The position numbers were made by a program, and so were the translations under genes. This document shows positions 50,945-64,000 of a stretch of DNA of 64,000 nt, piece after piece. How positions within the stretch are numbered: the first letter of the stretch is position 1; every line of letters starts with the position of its first letter. The DNA comes from the human T2T-CHM13v2.0 reference genome, Homo sapiens. Under the pieces are notes generated by a model. It ran no database searches, was not told the DNA's origin, and saw only the letters and a list, made by a program, of their open reading frames with translations. The stretch is taken from the NCBI RefSeq assembly GCF_009914755.1, contig NC_060927.1, one strand, 5' to 3'.

Positions 50945-51336
50945 GAAATATATACACAGTCACATACATACACACACATATATATATCCTGTATAGGAAA
51001 ACGAGATTAAAATGCACAATGAAAACTTTTTGACTACAAAGTAAAGATGGAAAAAAGTTTGCCAGGAAGAAAAGCTGGGGGAAAATTCCAGCCGCTGGCT
51101 AAAACATAAAGAAACAAGAATTCCCTTGCCCTATTACCAGGAATGTAAATTGTTCCAACTATTTTGCAGAGTAATTTGCCTGTTTCTGGCAAATCTGAAG
51201 ATTGGAATGCCACACGGCCCAGCCATTCCTTTTCCAGGCATATGAGAAGCCCTCACACATGAGCAAGAAAGAGATGTGGCCAAAGACATTCATGGAGCCC
51301 TGTTTGTTAAAACAGAGAAAAAGAAATTAAGAAATA

Positions 51337-51530
51337 CCCAGCCTGGGCAACATAGGGAGACCCTGTCTCTACTAAAAATAAAAATTTATACTTGGGAGGC
51401 TAAGGCAGGAGGATCACTTGAGCTCAGAAGATCGAAGCTTGCAATCAGCTGTGATCGTGTCACTGCATGCCAGCCTGGGTGACAGAGAGTGAGACCCTGT
51501 ATCAATAAAGAAAGAAAGAAAGAAAAGAAA
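51337..51530 (+). mobile_element. Truncated/internally deleted AluJ
   Basis: 'ccagcctgggcaacataggg...ttgggaggctaaggcaggaggatcacttgag...gagaccctgt' plus (AAAG)n tail. Confidence 0.8.
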
Positions 51531-51759
51531 CAGAAATAAACTTAGGACACAGCAGACGGCCCATCCTGAGGGTACCACATAGCAGATGCTGGGACCTTTT
51601 TTCAGGTGGACGCCACATGACCTTTCCTTTGCAGGCATCCATGCTGATGTTCACAAGGCACACAGCATTTCAGCTGAAGAAAGAACTGGCAGGATTTTCA
51701 TCACGAAAGGGCACTGTCTATCGTTTATGAAAATGAAGCATATGAAGTAAAAGTTTGGA

Positions 51760-52345
51760 AACAGATGGAATTAAATCTTCTGACAGATTTTAAAATAAGA
51801 TCTAAAAAAGAGCAAGACATGCTCTTGGATGGGGAAACTTAATATCAGAAAAATGTCAATTTTCCCATTTTTTCCATATAAATTTAATGTAATTCAAATT
51901 CCATTACCAACAGGGTGATTTTTTAAAAAACTAGATAAAATGATCTGAAAGATTATGCAGCAGAATAAATGCCCAAGAATTACCAGGGAAGACTGGAAAA
52001 AAGACTGCTGTGGGGGTTTTGCCTTCCTGGAAATAAGACCATACTGCAAAGTCACTGTAATCAGATCAATATGGCATTGGCAGAGGACTAGACAATGGAA
52101 AGGAATGGAGAATACAAAAATAAGTTTCAGGATATATGAGAATGAGATATATGCCAAAGGTAGTATTTTGATTCGGTGGGAGAAGGGCAGACTGTGAAGT
52201 AAGTGGTACCAGCCACAACTGAATATCCATCTGGGATAAAATAAAATTGCACTCGTCTTAGAGATCCAAATCAACTTCAGATGGATTAAAACTTTGAATG
52301 TAAAAAACATAAATGACTAACAGTCCTGCAAAATATCTTGGAGAC
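51760..52345 (+). mobile_element. L1M ORF2 3' fragment
   Basis: 'aaatgtcaattttccc...aaattccattaccaac...gaaaatgagatatatgccaaagg...aaatcaacttcagatggatta'. Confidence 0.7.
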
Positions 52346-53150
52346 AACCTGTGCCATCTGGAGAGTGGGAAGAGCACATGCAAAGGCCAAGGGGTGGAGC
52401 AGCCCAGCATGTTCTGGAAAAGGTAGGGCTCCCCAAGGCTGGGATGATGGTGGAGACCTGGGTGTGTGGGAGCACAGGGGTGGGGGCCCGTGGGCCAGGA
52501 ATGCACAGAGAGGGGCTGGTGCTCTGCCGCAGGCCCAAGCCCCCAAAGCCCGGTCATTCCCAGCACCATCTTCACGGGTTTCTGCCCAGGTCTTTCTGCT
52601 GCATCTCTTCCTCCCCCGATTCCTTAATCATTTTTTTTAAAATCAGTTCATGTCTTTGTAAACCAAATTATTTCTAAAAGGCAAATTTATATTACTGCCG
52701 AAATCAAGGGTCAGTGAGCTAGTTGTGTATGTTCTGAATCACATGGAAATAAATGCATCGAACATTAAGAAGGAAAGAGTGTCTAGCGTTAGCTACCTTG
52801 GTGTGCTGGGCTCAATGTGCATTTTGGAAGTTGCCCTGCCACCTTGTGGGCAGGAGGGACTGGATGAGTAGGGAGTCGGAGTGAGCATGAAGGTGACCAG
52901 AAAGTCCATTCCTTAGAAAGTGAGGAGGTGGCAGCCAGGGTCCAGGCCTGGGGCCCTGCCTGCCCCCTCCTCACACACCAGCCTCCCGTCTGTCATTCTA
53001 GAACCTGACCACTTCCCGCCTCAACAAGCAGCCGGCCTGGTCCTAGCTCTCGCCTGGACTACTGGAATAGCCTCCTTGCTGGAAGTCCTCAACTTCCCCA
53101 CTTTCTGTTCATAGTACAGTGGCCGGCGGGGGCCCGTGAGGATAGAAGTC

Positions 53151-53450
53151 AGGCCAGGTGCAGTGGCTCACGCGTGTAGTCCCAGCACTTCAAGAGGCCA
53201 AGGTGGGTGGATTGCTTGAGCCCAGGAGTTCAAGACCAGCCTAGGCAACACAGTTAAACCCCATCTCTACAGAAGATACAAAAGTTAGCTAGGCGCAGTG
53301 GCGCACGCCTGTAGTCCCAGCTACTTTGAAGACTGAGGCGGGAGGATCACCTGAACCCAGAAGGTCATGGCTTCAGTGAGGCTGATTGTGTCACTGCACT
53401 CCATCCTGGGCAACAGAGTGAGACCCTGTCTCAAACAAAAACAAAAAAAG
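53151..53450 (+). mobile_element. Alu (J/S) element
   Basis: Full dimer 'ggccaggtgcagtggctcacg...gagaccctgtctc' plus A tail. Confidence 0.92.
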
Positions 53451-54489
53451 ATGTAAGTCAAACCTGTCCCATCTGCGCCACACCCTCCCGCAGCACCCGG
53501 GTCCCTCTTGGCCTCTTTGGTCTCATTCCCTTTGCTTGCTCCACTCCAGCCCCACTGGCTTCCTTCTTGTTTCTCAAACAGCTGGCACACATCCACCCCA
53601 GAACATTGGCACTAGCTGTCCCTGTACCCAGATACCACATGGCTTCCTCATACTTTGGGCCTGGTCACCTTCTTGGACCACCTCCTGATGAACTGTGGGT
53701 GACAGCTGGAGCACAGGTGGGTTCTGGAAGCCCTGCAGCCTGGGGTCAGGATGAAGATTACCCAGGGCCAGCAGGCAAGCCTGAGAGGCCGGTCTCCAGG
53801 CTTTGCAGCTCCCGGCAAGAGGTCCCAGAGGTCTTGCCCTTCCAGAGATGAATGCTTGAGGCCCAGAACATGGGGCCATCCGGAGCCAAGGCCTGGGATG
53901 TTAGAGGAGGGGAACTCGGGACTCCATGCAAGGACCACGGGTCAGCCCTGTGCCTGTCCAGACCACCTGCATGGGACACAGCAGGGGCCCAGAACTGGGC
54001 ATCCAGTGGATCACTGCAGCAGCATCTGTGTGTCCATATCCAGGTAGCCGCACCCAGATTTTCCCTCCAGGGACCACCCCCTCCCACTCTCAGTTCAAGG
54101 TGGTCCATGTGGAGCACCCACCTCTGGCCCAGCCAGTCAGAGCCATCCTGGCTGATTGATTCTGGGCACATGACTCTGGAGGATCCATGGAGAGTCCAAC
54201 CTGGAAACTTGGCAAGAATCCTCGGGGACTGCCCTCCTGCTGGGGTCATGTGGCACTGGGAGCTGCGGTGGCCATCTTTACTGCCACCCAGGAGAGCCTG
54301 CCGGAGAGTGAGACCAACACAGAGCAGCAGAGACAGAGACAGACTGGCTCCCGAGCGTTCAGCCCCAGTGCCGGAAGCCAGCTAGAGCCCTGGCCTTTTC
54401 AGTGACATGAGCCAATGACAACTCCCAGTTCTCTCCCTCCGGTCAATCTGAAGCCGGGTTTTTGCCTCTTACAACTGAAAGAGTCCTGG

Positions 54490-54983
54490 TGGTCACAGGC
54501 ATGGCTGATTAAAGATGCCCACCAGGTCTTTGTTACACCCTCATATACTTGGGGCCTTGAATGTGGGTGTGCTCTGAGATGACTTGACCAGGAGAATACG
54601 GTAGCAGTGACACTGCAGTTTCCAGCCCAGGCCTGAAGAGATGATTAGCGCCCACTCCTTGCTTCTTGAAAGTCTCTCCTTGGGAGTCCTGGGCTGCTAT
54701 GTTAAAAATCCAACTGCCCTGAGGCCACCATGATGTGAGGAGGCTGGAGCCAGGTGGAGAGGCCATGGTGGCGAAAGAGCTGCCGGACCAGTTCCCATTG
54801 CCCCAGCCCCCAGCCATCTGAGTCATCCCCACTGAGGACACAGATATCACAGAGCAGATACGAGCTATCCCTGCACCGCCCATCCAGATTCTTTACCCAG
54901 TTTGTGAGATATAATAATAATGAACTGTTTTAGGCCACTGAGTTTTGGGGTCATTTTTAAAGCAGCAATAGACAGATGGAACA
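54490..54983 (+). mobile_element. MLT1 solo LTR
   Basis: 'aaagatgcccacc...cagcccaggcctgaagaga...ccactgagttttgggg...gcagcaatagacagatggaaca'. Confidence 0.7.
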
Positions 54984-55269
54984 ATAGTAATGAGCAAAGG
55001 GCCACATATACCTATTGGATTGGGAAGCAAGACAGAGATGGGGCTGCCACTGTGCGCAGGATCGACTCACCTCCTTGGGAATTCTTATACACGCCCGTAT
55101 GAGTGCAGGATGCATGAGTAGGATAGTGGAGCCGAAAGGGTCTTGATAGCAGATGGCCTTGAATTTGAGTCCCTACTCTGCTGTAAGATCAGCTCTGAGT
55201 CCCAGGGCTATGTTATTTCCCCTCCTCGAGCCTCAGTTTCTTCACCTATCATATAAAAATATTAGTACT

Positions 55270-55695
55270 GTGTTGCTAGGATGAGATTCAGCTGCACATA
55301 ACAAGGAGATACAAATTTTTTTTTCTGTCATGTGAAAATTCACAGGTAGGCAATCCAGGGCTACTATATCACTCCCTGGTGTCAGAAAGCAAGGTTGGCT
55401 TTCGTCGCCTCACATTCCAAGATGGCTGTTACAGCCTCACCATTGTATCTACATTCCAGGGAGCAGCAAGGAGGAAGTGAATAAAGAACAAAATGTTCAC
55501 ATCAGCTGTCTCTTAAGGAAGTCCCCTGAAAGCTGACACATCCACTTGTATCCCATTGGCTAAAGCACAGTCACATGACCATATCTAGCTGCAAAGGAGG
55601 CTAGGGAATGTAGTCTTGCTCTGGGAAATCATGTGCTCAGCTAAAATTCTATGGAGGAATAATAGCTTTTGGAAGATACCTGACAGTCTCTGCCA
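55270..55695 (-). mobile_element. MLT1-type LTR (antisense)
   Basis: 'caagatggctg...acattccagggagcag...cagtcacatgacca...ctgcaaaggaggctagggaatgtagtc...tctgcca'. Confidence 0.65.
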
Positions 55696-57379
55696 AAAGT
55701 ATCTATGTCAAGAGTTTATGTAATGACTGACGTGATTTTGAAGAGGTTTTGTTTTGAACCTCTGCTGCATGCCAGTTTCCACAAAACTAACTGCAAAAGA
55801 CATAATCAGGTCTTTTGTAGGACATGGCACAGGGGCTGACACATAGTAGGTGCCCAGTAAATGAGGCGTCCTTGTTTGCTCTTCTAGCTGCACACCTTGC
55901 TGCTCTCCTCAATGGTGTTTCTCTGCCCCAACCCTCCAAGGATGAGCTCCCTCCCCAAGAGGATACCCTGTTTCATTTTCTTCACATCATTTACCATAAC
56001 TATTTGTTTCTTAATTTGTTCATCATCCATCTCTCTCCACTCTAATATACACAACACGAAGAGAGGGAGAGTATCTCTAGGGTCCCACCAAGGAAATAGA
56101 AGTCACTTGAAAAGTGTAAAGCTTAATTTAAAAGTTAAAATTCAGAGATGTGATTGTGCAGGTGATGGAATTGCTAAGAACAGGGGACAATGAGGCAGCA
56201 CAGAAATTAGGAGCAAGAAGCTGTTACCTCCCCAGGGTTGGAGGGGCAATGGGAGGAGATGGCATTACCAGAGCCCAAGGCCTGGGTGACACAGGGAGAC
56301 TCAGCAGGCCTGTCCAGTGGGAGCTGTAGCTGTAGGAAAGACAGAGCCACACCAGAGATGCCACCTGAGATGAAGAGGAAGGGGGAGAATACCCTGGCTC
56401 CTCCCTTGTTCACTCCAGGGCCTCTCATTGGCTGAATCCAGCAGGAATCCAGCTGGCCTCACACCTTGGGGCTAAGCTCCCCTCCCTGATGGGTGACACA
56501 GAGCCAAGGGATGGGATAACAAGAGCTAAGGGCAAACTAGCCCGGGGCTGGCACTGGTGACTTCATCTGTCTTGTTATCTTCTGCATCTGGAGCTTCAAA
56601 GGCACAGCCTGGCACACGGTAGGACCTCAATAAACAGTGGATGAATAGATTGGGGTTCTCAACTCACCTTAGCACCTATAGAAGCTGTTTAGAGTCCACA
56701 AAACAACTCTTGTACCTGTGAGGGCTCCTAGGTGCTAGGCCCACAAAGGGAGGCATGTTATGGCCGTGGCATTCTGCTTGGCCAGGATCCGAGAGGAGCC
56801 TCCCAATTGGAGGATTTAGCCCAAGTTGCTTCATTCCCTGTCCAGTGGAGCCTGGCCTCTCTCTCAGCCTCCATCAACACCCAGAATCCTCCATGATGAG
56901 CTCCTATCCCACCAGGGCAGAGAGTGGGCATGTCCTCATCAGGGAGAGAAAGGACAGAGACAGACAGACAGGAAGAGAGAAACAGCCATGCAGCCAGGGC
57001 TGGGGCTCTGCTTGCCATTGCCCTCTATGCACTCTAACTGTGGCAAAACCTGTGCAAAGTACATGGATGCTACCAACCACTGGCAAAGGAATAGGAAGCA
57101 TATTCCTGTGGCCCGGCAAATGCGTGGGGATGGCTTCATCCACATCCTGCAGGAAGAAATTAAATTAATTGACAGGTCCAAATGTGAGTGGACAGGTGGG
57201 GCAGCAGGAGCTCTGCACGCCACTGGTGGGAGTGTTTTTTGGAAAGTGCACTTTGTAAGAGAATTTGGCAACACTAACAAGGACGTGTGTACAGGTGAGC
57301 TCAGCAGTTCCCTGCACAGGTAAAATCTCAGCAGCATCCACTGATATAAACACAACCACAGTAACAACGCCTGGGAGCC

Positions 57380-58040
57380 ACCCAGGTCCATTCACAGGAG
57401 AAAGGATAAATGAACCATGTCATGCCCACACAATGGAATACTCGACAGCAATGAAGACGAACAACAGTGTCACGCATCAACGCAGATGTACCTCCCAACA
57501 ATACTGTGAGAGAAAAAAGCAAGTCACCAAAGAACACGTATGTATGAGGCCATTCAAATAGCTCTTCTGGATTTCACTCCTGGGGATGTCAAGGACCCAC
57601 TAGAGTTTCCAAGCCATGTTCACATGTCACCTCCTTGACTAAAGGGACATGACCAATAAATGCAATGTGGGGTCCTGAACTGGATCCTAGAGCAGGACAG
57701 AAATAGCTATAAAGGACATTCTTGGGACAATTGACGTTTAGATATGGATTGTGGGGTTCGATCATAGTATCATATCAATGCAAATTGTCCTAGCTCTGAT
57801 AAGCATATGTGTTTATGTAAGAGAATGTCCTTGTTTTTAGGGAACAAACACTGAAATATACAATAGTAGAGAGGCATCATGTCTCCACCATACTCTCAGA
57901 TGGTTCAGGAGAAATATGCGTGTGTCTCCGTACATATTAATATAGAGAGAATGGTACAGCCAGTGGGACAAGTTGTAAGCAATTGGTGAATCTAGGTAAA
58001 GGGTATATGGGAAATTGCATCAAAATTAAAAGTTATGAAA
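57380..58040 (+). mobile_element. L1MC/ME 3' UTR fragments
   Basis: 'cacaatggaatactcgacagcaatgaa', 'aaatgcaatgtggggtcctgaactggatcct', 'ggtgaatctaggtaaagggtatatg'. Confidence 0.65.
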
Positions 58041-58804
58041 ATGGGGGAGAAAACCCAGTTCTTCTATAAAAACAGCCTCCAGCCTCTCCCTCCAGCACAA
58101 CCTGTCCCCACACGTGGGGCACCCGGCACCCATGCTCTGGCTCTTGTCTCTCTGGGTCTTAGTCCCACTTAGCACCCCACACCCAAAGGTCATGTTTTCA
58201 CAGATGTGTACCCTCAAGACTAAACACACACTTGAGGCATTCATGTGACTATACATATTTATGGAAAAAGAAAATTCTTGGGCTCACAAAACTGAACGCT
58301 CCAGGGTGGACTGTCTCAGGTGGCCTTAATCGGGGTGCTGACAACATCCAGACGAGCACGCAGGCTTCTCTCCCTGCCACGGCGGTGCCATTCTCCAACG
58401 GACTCTGCCGCCGTGGCTGCAAGATGGTGGCAGCAGCTCCAACCCCTGCACCCTTTTGTGGCCAAGTCCAGTGGGAAGAATGTGAGGTCTTCTTCCAGAA
58501 GCTTCTGCAGATTCTCATTAGCTTCAGCTGGGTCATGTGTCTGTCATCCCTGACCTGGCCTCTGGGGTCAGGAAGGCACCATGGTCAGACTGGCCAGGCC
58601 TGAGCCCCAAGCCCCAAGTCCAACCTCTTCACAAAGCACAGCTGGCTGGGGCAGAGCGGTGCCCCCAGTGGAAAATCAAGATGCAGTTTCAGAAGGATGG
58701 AAATGGATGCTGGGTGGCGAAACGGCAGAAACCCACCCCGGCCCACGCCCTTGCCTGTCCAAAATCCATGCACATGCTTCTTCCCATGCTCCCTCTGGGG
58801 GAGG

Positions 58805-59407
58805 TGTGCTAGGCAGCACAGATGTATGCACAGCTCCCCACAGATGCCACCCTCATCCTTGGAAACTGTCAATGCCCATGAATTTGTTACCTCACGTAGC
58901 AAAAGAGACTTTGCAGATGTAATTAAGGCTGCTCGTCAGTTGACCTTAAAATAGGGAGAGTGTCTTGGATCATCCACATGGGCTCAGTGGGTCACACAAG
59001 CCCTTAAAAGCAGAGAACTTTCCATGGCTGGTGGCAGAGGTAGAAAGGACATTGGAAAGAGACAGCATGGGGGAAAGGGAGATTTAAAGCTTGGGAAGGA
59101 AGGATGGAAAGCGCGACTGCTGCTTTGAAAACAAAGGAAGCCTCAGGCCACGTAGCAAAGAAATGGAGACCCCAGGCCTGCAATCATAAGCGACTGAATT
59201 CTGCTCACAACCCTAATGAGCACCTCCGGGAAAGAGCCCAGCCTGCCAACACCTCGATTTTGCCTTGTAAGCCCCTAAGCAGAAAATACAGTTGAGGCAC
59301 TCTCTGCCCAGACTTGCAGTGCACAGAAACTGTGATGCTAAATGGATGTTGCTTGAAGCTGCTCAGTTGGTGGCACTTTGTTACAGCAGCAATGGAAAAT
59401 GAATACT
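58805..59407 (+). mobile_element. MLT1D/E solo LTR
   Basis: 'gcaaaagagactttgcagatgtaattaagg...gaccttaaaatagggaga...gttacagcagcaatggaaaatgaatac'. Confidence 0.8.
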
Positions 59408-59659
59408 GGAGGTAACACTGTCTCTCCCAGTGACAGGTCCGGCTCCAGGAGCTGGACCCCAGTGACCGTGTTACAGTCTAGGCTTAAGGCCCCCCTCACT
59501 CCCAACCTCACCTGTGCAGAGAGGGAAGGAAAAGTGCCATGTCAACCCCCAGTAAGGGAAAGGAGGATGGGAGACCCCTAGCCTGCAGCACATCCAAAGC
59601 CCTGCTAGAAAAATACTGAGAAATGTTAGACATTGAGCTACCACAGGACCCAGGATTAC

Positions 59660-60150
59660 AACTCCTGGGTATCTACCCAAGGCAAATGAAAACATGTGTC
59701 CCCAGAAAAATTTGCACACAATGTTCATAGCAGCATTATTTATAATAATTGAGAAATGGGAATAGCCCAAATGCCCATCAGCTAATGAATAGATAAACAA
59801 AATATGGCATAGCTATACAATGGAATATTATATGGCCCTAAAAAGTAATGAAGAAGCCAGACATAAAAGGCTTTGTGTGATTCCATTTCCAGACAGAAAG
59901 CAGATTAGTAGTTGCTGCAGGCTGGCGGGAGGGAGGAATGGAAAGTGGCTGCTAACAGGAACACGGTTTATTCTGGGGGCAATGAAAGTGTTCTAAACTT
60001 AGATGTGATGATGGATGTACAACTGCGTGAATATACTAAAAAGCATTGAATGGCATTGAATGGTTCATCTTAAATGGGTGAATTTTATAGTGCGTGAATT
60101 ATATAGATAAAGATGTAAAAGATTTGTTTAACATCAATAAAGATGTAAAA
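59660..60150 (+). mobile_element. L1MB/MC 3' end
   Basis: 'tcctgggtatctacccaagg...atgttcatagcagcattatt...aatggaatatta...atactaaaagcattgaat...aataaa'. Confidence 0.75.
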
Positions 60151-60469
60151 AAAAAAATGTTGAGTTTCTTGGGCAGCCAGTTCAACTGCCCAGCCCTGCC
60201 CTCTAGGAGGAAAACGAGTACTCCCTGCCCACCCTTCACCATTCCCACATCTGAAGTGGGCATTGGGGATCTCAGTTCTCTAGTGGCCAGTTCCTAATGG
60301 TGCAGATTCTAGACTGCAGAGATTGCTTGGGCTTGGAAATAACATCACAGACTTTTTCAAAAAAATTTTTGTCTTGTTTTTGTGTTTTGTTTTGCTTTTT
60401 GTTTGCTTGTTTGTTTGTTTTTACCAGACTTGAAGTTTTGGGGCAGTACAACTCCATCAAAAAAATTTT

Positions 60470-60541
60470 GACCTCAAGTGATCTGCCCATTTCAGCCTCC
60501 CAAAGTGCTGGGATTACAGGCATGAACCACCGCACCCAGCC
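60470..60541 (-). mobile_element. Alu 5' fragment
   Basis: 'gacctcaagtgatctgcc...cccaaagtgctgggattacaggcatgaaccaccgcacccagcc'. Confidence 0.85.
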
Positions 60542-60599
60542 TCCATCAAAAATGTATTAGGCATTTCCCTGTCTTTATTTTTAAATATATATATATTGT

Positions 60600-60900
60600 A
60601 GTCTGGGCATGGTGGTTCACACCTGTAATCCTAGCACTTTGGGAGGCTGAAGAGGGAGGCTTGCTTGAGCCCAGGAGTTCAAGACCAGCCTGGGCAACAT
60701 AGCAAGAGCTCTTCTCTACTAAAAATAAAAATTAAAAAAAATTAGCCAGGCTATGTGGTACATGCCTGTAGTCCTAGCTACTCAGGAGGCTGAGGCAGGA
60801 GGATTGCTTGAGCCCAAGAGTTCAAGATTGCAGTGAGCTATGAGTACACCACTGCACTCCAGTCTGGGCAACAGAGCCAAACACTGTCTCAAAAAAAAAT
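60600..60900 (+). mobile_element. AluJ element
   Basis: Full dimer with 'gcttgagcccaggagttc'. Confidence 0.92.
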
Positions 60901-60903
60901 TAC

Positions 60904-60904
<1 letters not shown>

Positions 60905-60970
<66 letters not shown>
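60905..60970. repeat. Compound microsatellite (TA)13(GA)20 at the Alu tail
   Basis: Direct count. Confidence 0.95.
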
Positions 60971-60979
<9 letters not shown>

Positions 60980-61179
60980 ATATACATATATATACTTCAG
61001 GCACACAAAAAATTAGATCGAATAATATAAAAAACACCTATATACCCAACACCTAGCTTATATATTAAGTATTAAAATGTCACCAATACAGTTGAAGCAG
61101 GAATACAGTTGAAATTGAAAATGTAGTTAAAATACAATTATAGTTGTAGTTGAAATGTACTACATGCTAGATAGAATGT

Positions 61180-62122
<943 letters not shown>

Positions 62123-62589
62123 AGAAACATCTTTAAGTCCATAAATATGGACTGATTAAATAGATGTTGATTATAACCACAACATGGCTTTTCATCCACC
62201 TTTTTAAATAATTGGTTCATTTATGTGCTGATAGGGAATGTTTTCCACAATTTCTTTACAAGTCACTCCACAGCTACTTCAGTGGGGGAGCAGGGAGTGT
62301 ATATATGGAAACTCTCTGTACCTTCTTCCCAATTTTGCAGAGAACCTAAAACTGCTCTAAAAAAATTGAGTATTTAAAATCAAATTTTAGAATAATAGAC
62401 ATATTATGGCCCCATTCATATTTTAAAACCGTGTATGATATTATGTGTATATATATATATATATATGTCCATTCTTTAGGGTTACCTATTTGTCTAAAAG
62501 TGGCATCATTTGAATTGTAATAACAAACATTATATTTCTTTTGTAATCTAAAAAAACACCTTAAAAATCTAATAAAGAATGTATTATAA

Positions 62590-62878
62590 GGCTGGGCACA
62601 GTGGCTAACCCCTGTAATCCCAGCAGTTTGGGAGGCCAAGGTGGGCAGATCACTTGAGGTCAGGAGTTCAAGACCAACATGGCAAAACCTCGTCTCTACT
62701 AAAAATACAAAAATTAGCTAGATGTGGTGGTGCACGCCTATAATCCCAGCTACTTGGGAGGCTAAGGCAAAAGAATTACTTCAACCCAGGAGGCAGAGGT
62801 TGTAGTAAGCCAAGATGGTGCCATTACACTCCAGCCTGGGCAACAGAGAGAGACTTTGTCTAAAAACACAACAAAAAA
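62590..62878 (+). mobile_element. AluSx-like element with TSD
   Basis: TSD aaagaatgtattataag at 62574-62590 and 62877-62893. Confidence 0.93.
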
Positions 62879-62929
62879 AGAATGTATTATAAGTATGTGA
62901 TTAAAATAATAAAAATGAAGTCTATTTTA

Positions 62930-64000
62930 TAATTCTTCTTTTATAGATTGTGCCTTTTGTGTCTTATTTTTAAAATCTTTGCTTAACCCAATGTCACTAA
63001 GATTTTTTTCCTATGTTTTCTCCCAGACTTTGAGAGTTTTCGCGCTTATGTTTAGATCTATAATCTCTTTTGGTTAATTTTTTAGAATGTTGCAAGATAA
63101 AGGTTAGATTTTTTTTTTACCATAATGATATTTACTTGTTTGAGCACCATATGTCTAAATAGCAATATTTTCCCCCATTGAAGTACCTTGGTATTTTTGT
63201 AAAAAATCAATTGGCCATATAAGTGTGAGTATTTTTGGTTTCTTCTTCATTGATCAGGAGTTTGAGACCAGCCTGATTTATGGTTTATCCTTACACCAAT
63301 ACCACAACATCTCGATTACTATAGCTTTCTAGAAAGGTTTGAAAGCAGATTGTGTTATCTTTCTGAACTTCATCTTTTTCCAAGATTATTTTGGCTCTTC
63401 TAGGTCCTTTGCCATTCTATATAAATTTTTTAATTAAGCTGTCCATTTCTCTTCTTAATAAAGATGTGGGATTTTGATTTGGATTGCAATGAATGTATAG
63501 ATCAATTTGAGGATAATTATCATCTTAACAATATGGGGGCTTCCAGTTCATGCATGTGGGTATATCTCTCCATTTAGTTAGATCTCCAATTTCCCTTTGT
63601 GAGGTTTCATAGTTTTGAGTGTACAGATCTTGCACATCTTTTGCTCAATTTATTCCTAAGTGTTTTATCTTTAGTGATATTGTAAACTGAGTTATTCTTT
63701 AAATTCCACTTTCCAATTGCTCATTGATAGTATATAGAAATATGATGGATTTCTATATGTTGGTTTTTATCCTAAAAACTTGCTATATTCACTTATTACT
63801 TCTAGCTTTCCCTAGCCCCCATTCCTTAAGAGTTTTCTGTGCATGCAATCATGCTGTCTAAAAATAAAGACAATTTTACATCTTTCTTTTCTATACTTAT
63901 GCCATTTATTTCTTTTTCTTGCCTTATTACATTGGCTAGGACCTTCAGTATAAATGTTGCCTAGAAGCTGTGAGAGATGTCTGCACCTTGTTCCTAATCT
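62930..64000 (-). mobile_element. L1M ORF2-region fragment (antisense), runs off the window
   Basis: 'gatcaatttg...catcttaacaata', 'tttattcctaagtgtttt', 'ggctaggaccttcagtataaatgttg'. Confidence 0.8.

Larger units (their letters stand above)
38770..52770 (+). ncRNA. GATA2-AS1: GATA2 antisense RNA 1 (inferred exons ~38770-39630, 48853-49223, 51635-~52770)
   Basis: Recalled annotation; donor CAG|gtaatt at 39631, acceptor ttccctcag ending 48852, donor AAG|gtgagc at 49224, acceptor cctttcctttgcag ending 51634, AATAAA at 52748-52753. Confidence 0.6.

Noticed and set aside
57390-60150. Possible single-exon plus-strand lncRNA ending at AATAAA 60136-60141
   Set aside because: Mostly L1/MLT1 sequence; the signal is an L1 3' end followed by a genomic A-run, so internal priming is plausible and sequence alone cannot support a gene

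Overview
Primate, almost certainly human, genomic DNA covering the GATA2 locus (3q21.3 in human, recognised from recall). The minus strand carries the complete GATA2 gene: five coding exons total 1443 nt (480 aa + stop), all with canonical GT/AG boundaries. It also has alternative non-coding first exons, a ~1.6-kb 3' UTR, the intron-4 '+9.5' E-box/GATA/ETS enhancer and three upstream GATA-site clusters. The intronless DNAJB8 CDS (232 aa) lies downstream, also on the minus strand. Antisense lncRNAs (GATA2-AS1, DNAJB8-AS1) are probable on the plus strand. The rest is Alu, L1, L2, MIR, MLT1 and hAT (MER20, MER3) repeats, STRs and low-complexity DNA; nearly all other ORFs in the track are spurious. 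No prokaryotic-type system (CRISPR, operon, phage) is present. The least explained structures are a ~1.4-kb highly diverged 16-bp tandem array (consensus CAGRGACATTGGTGAT) and a neighbouring 7-bp array just past the GATA2 poly(A) site. Also notable are a short uORF in each alternative GATA2 leader exon and several motif-dense enhancer-like islands. Repeat boundaries and subfamily calls are by eye and approximate.
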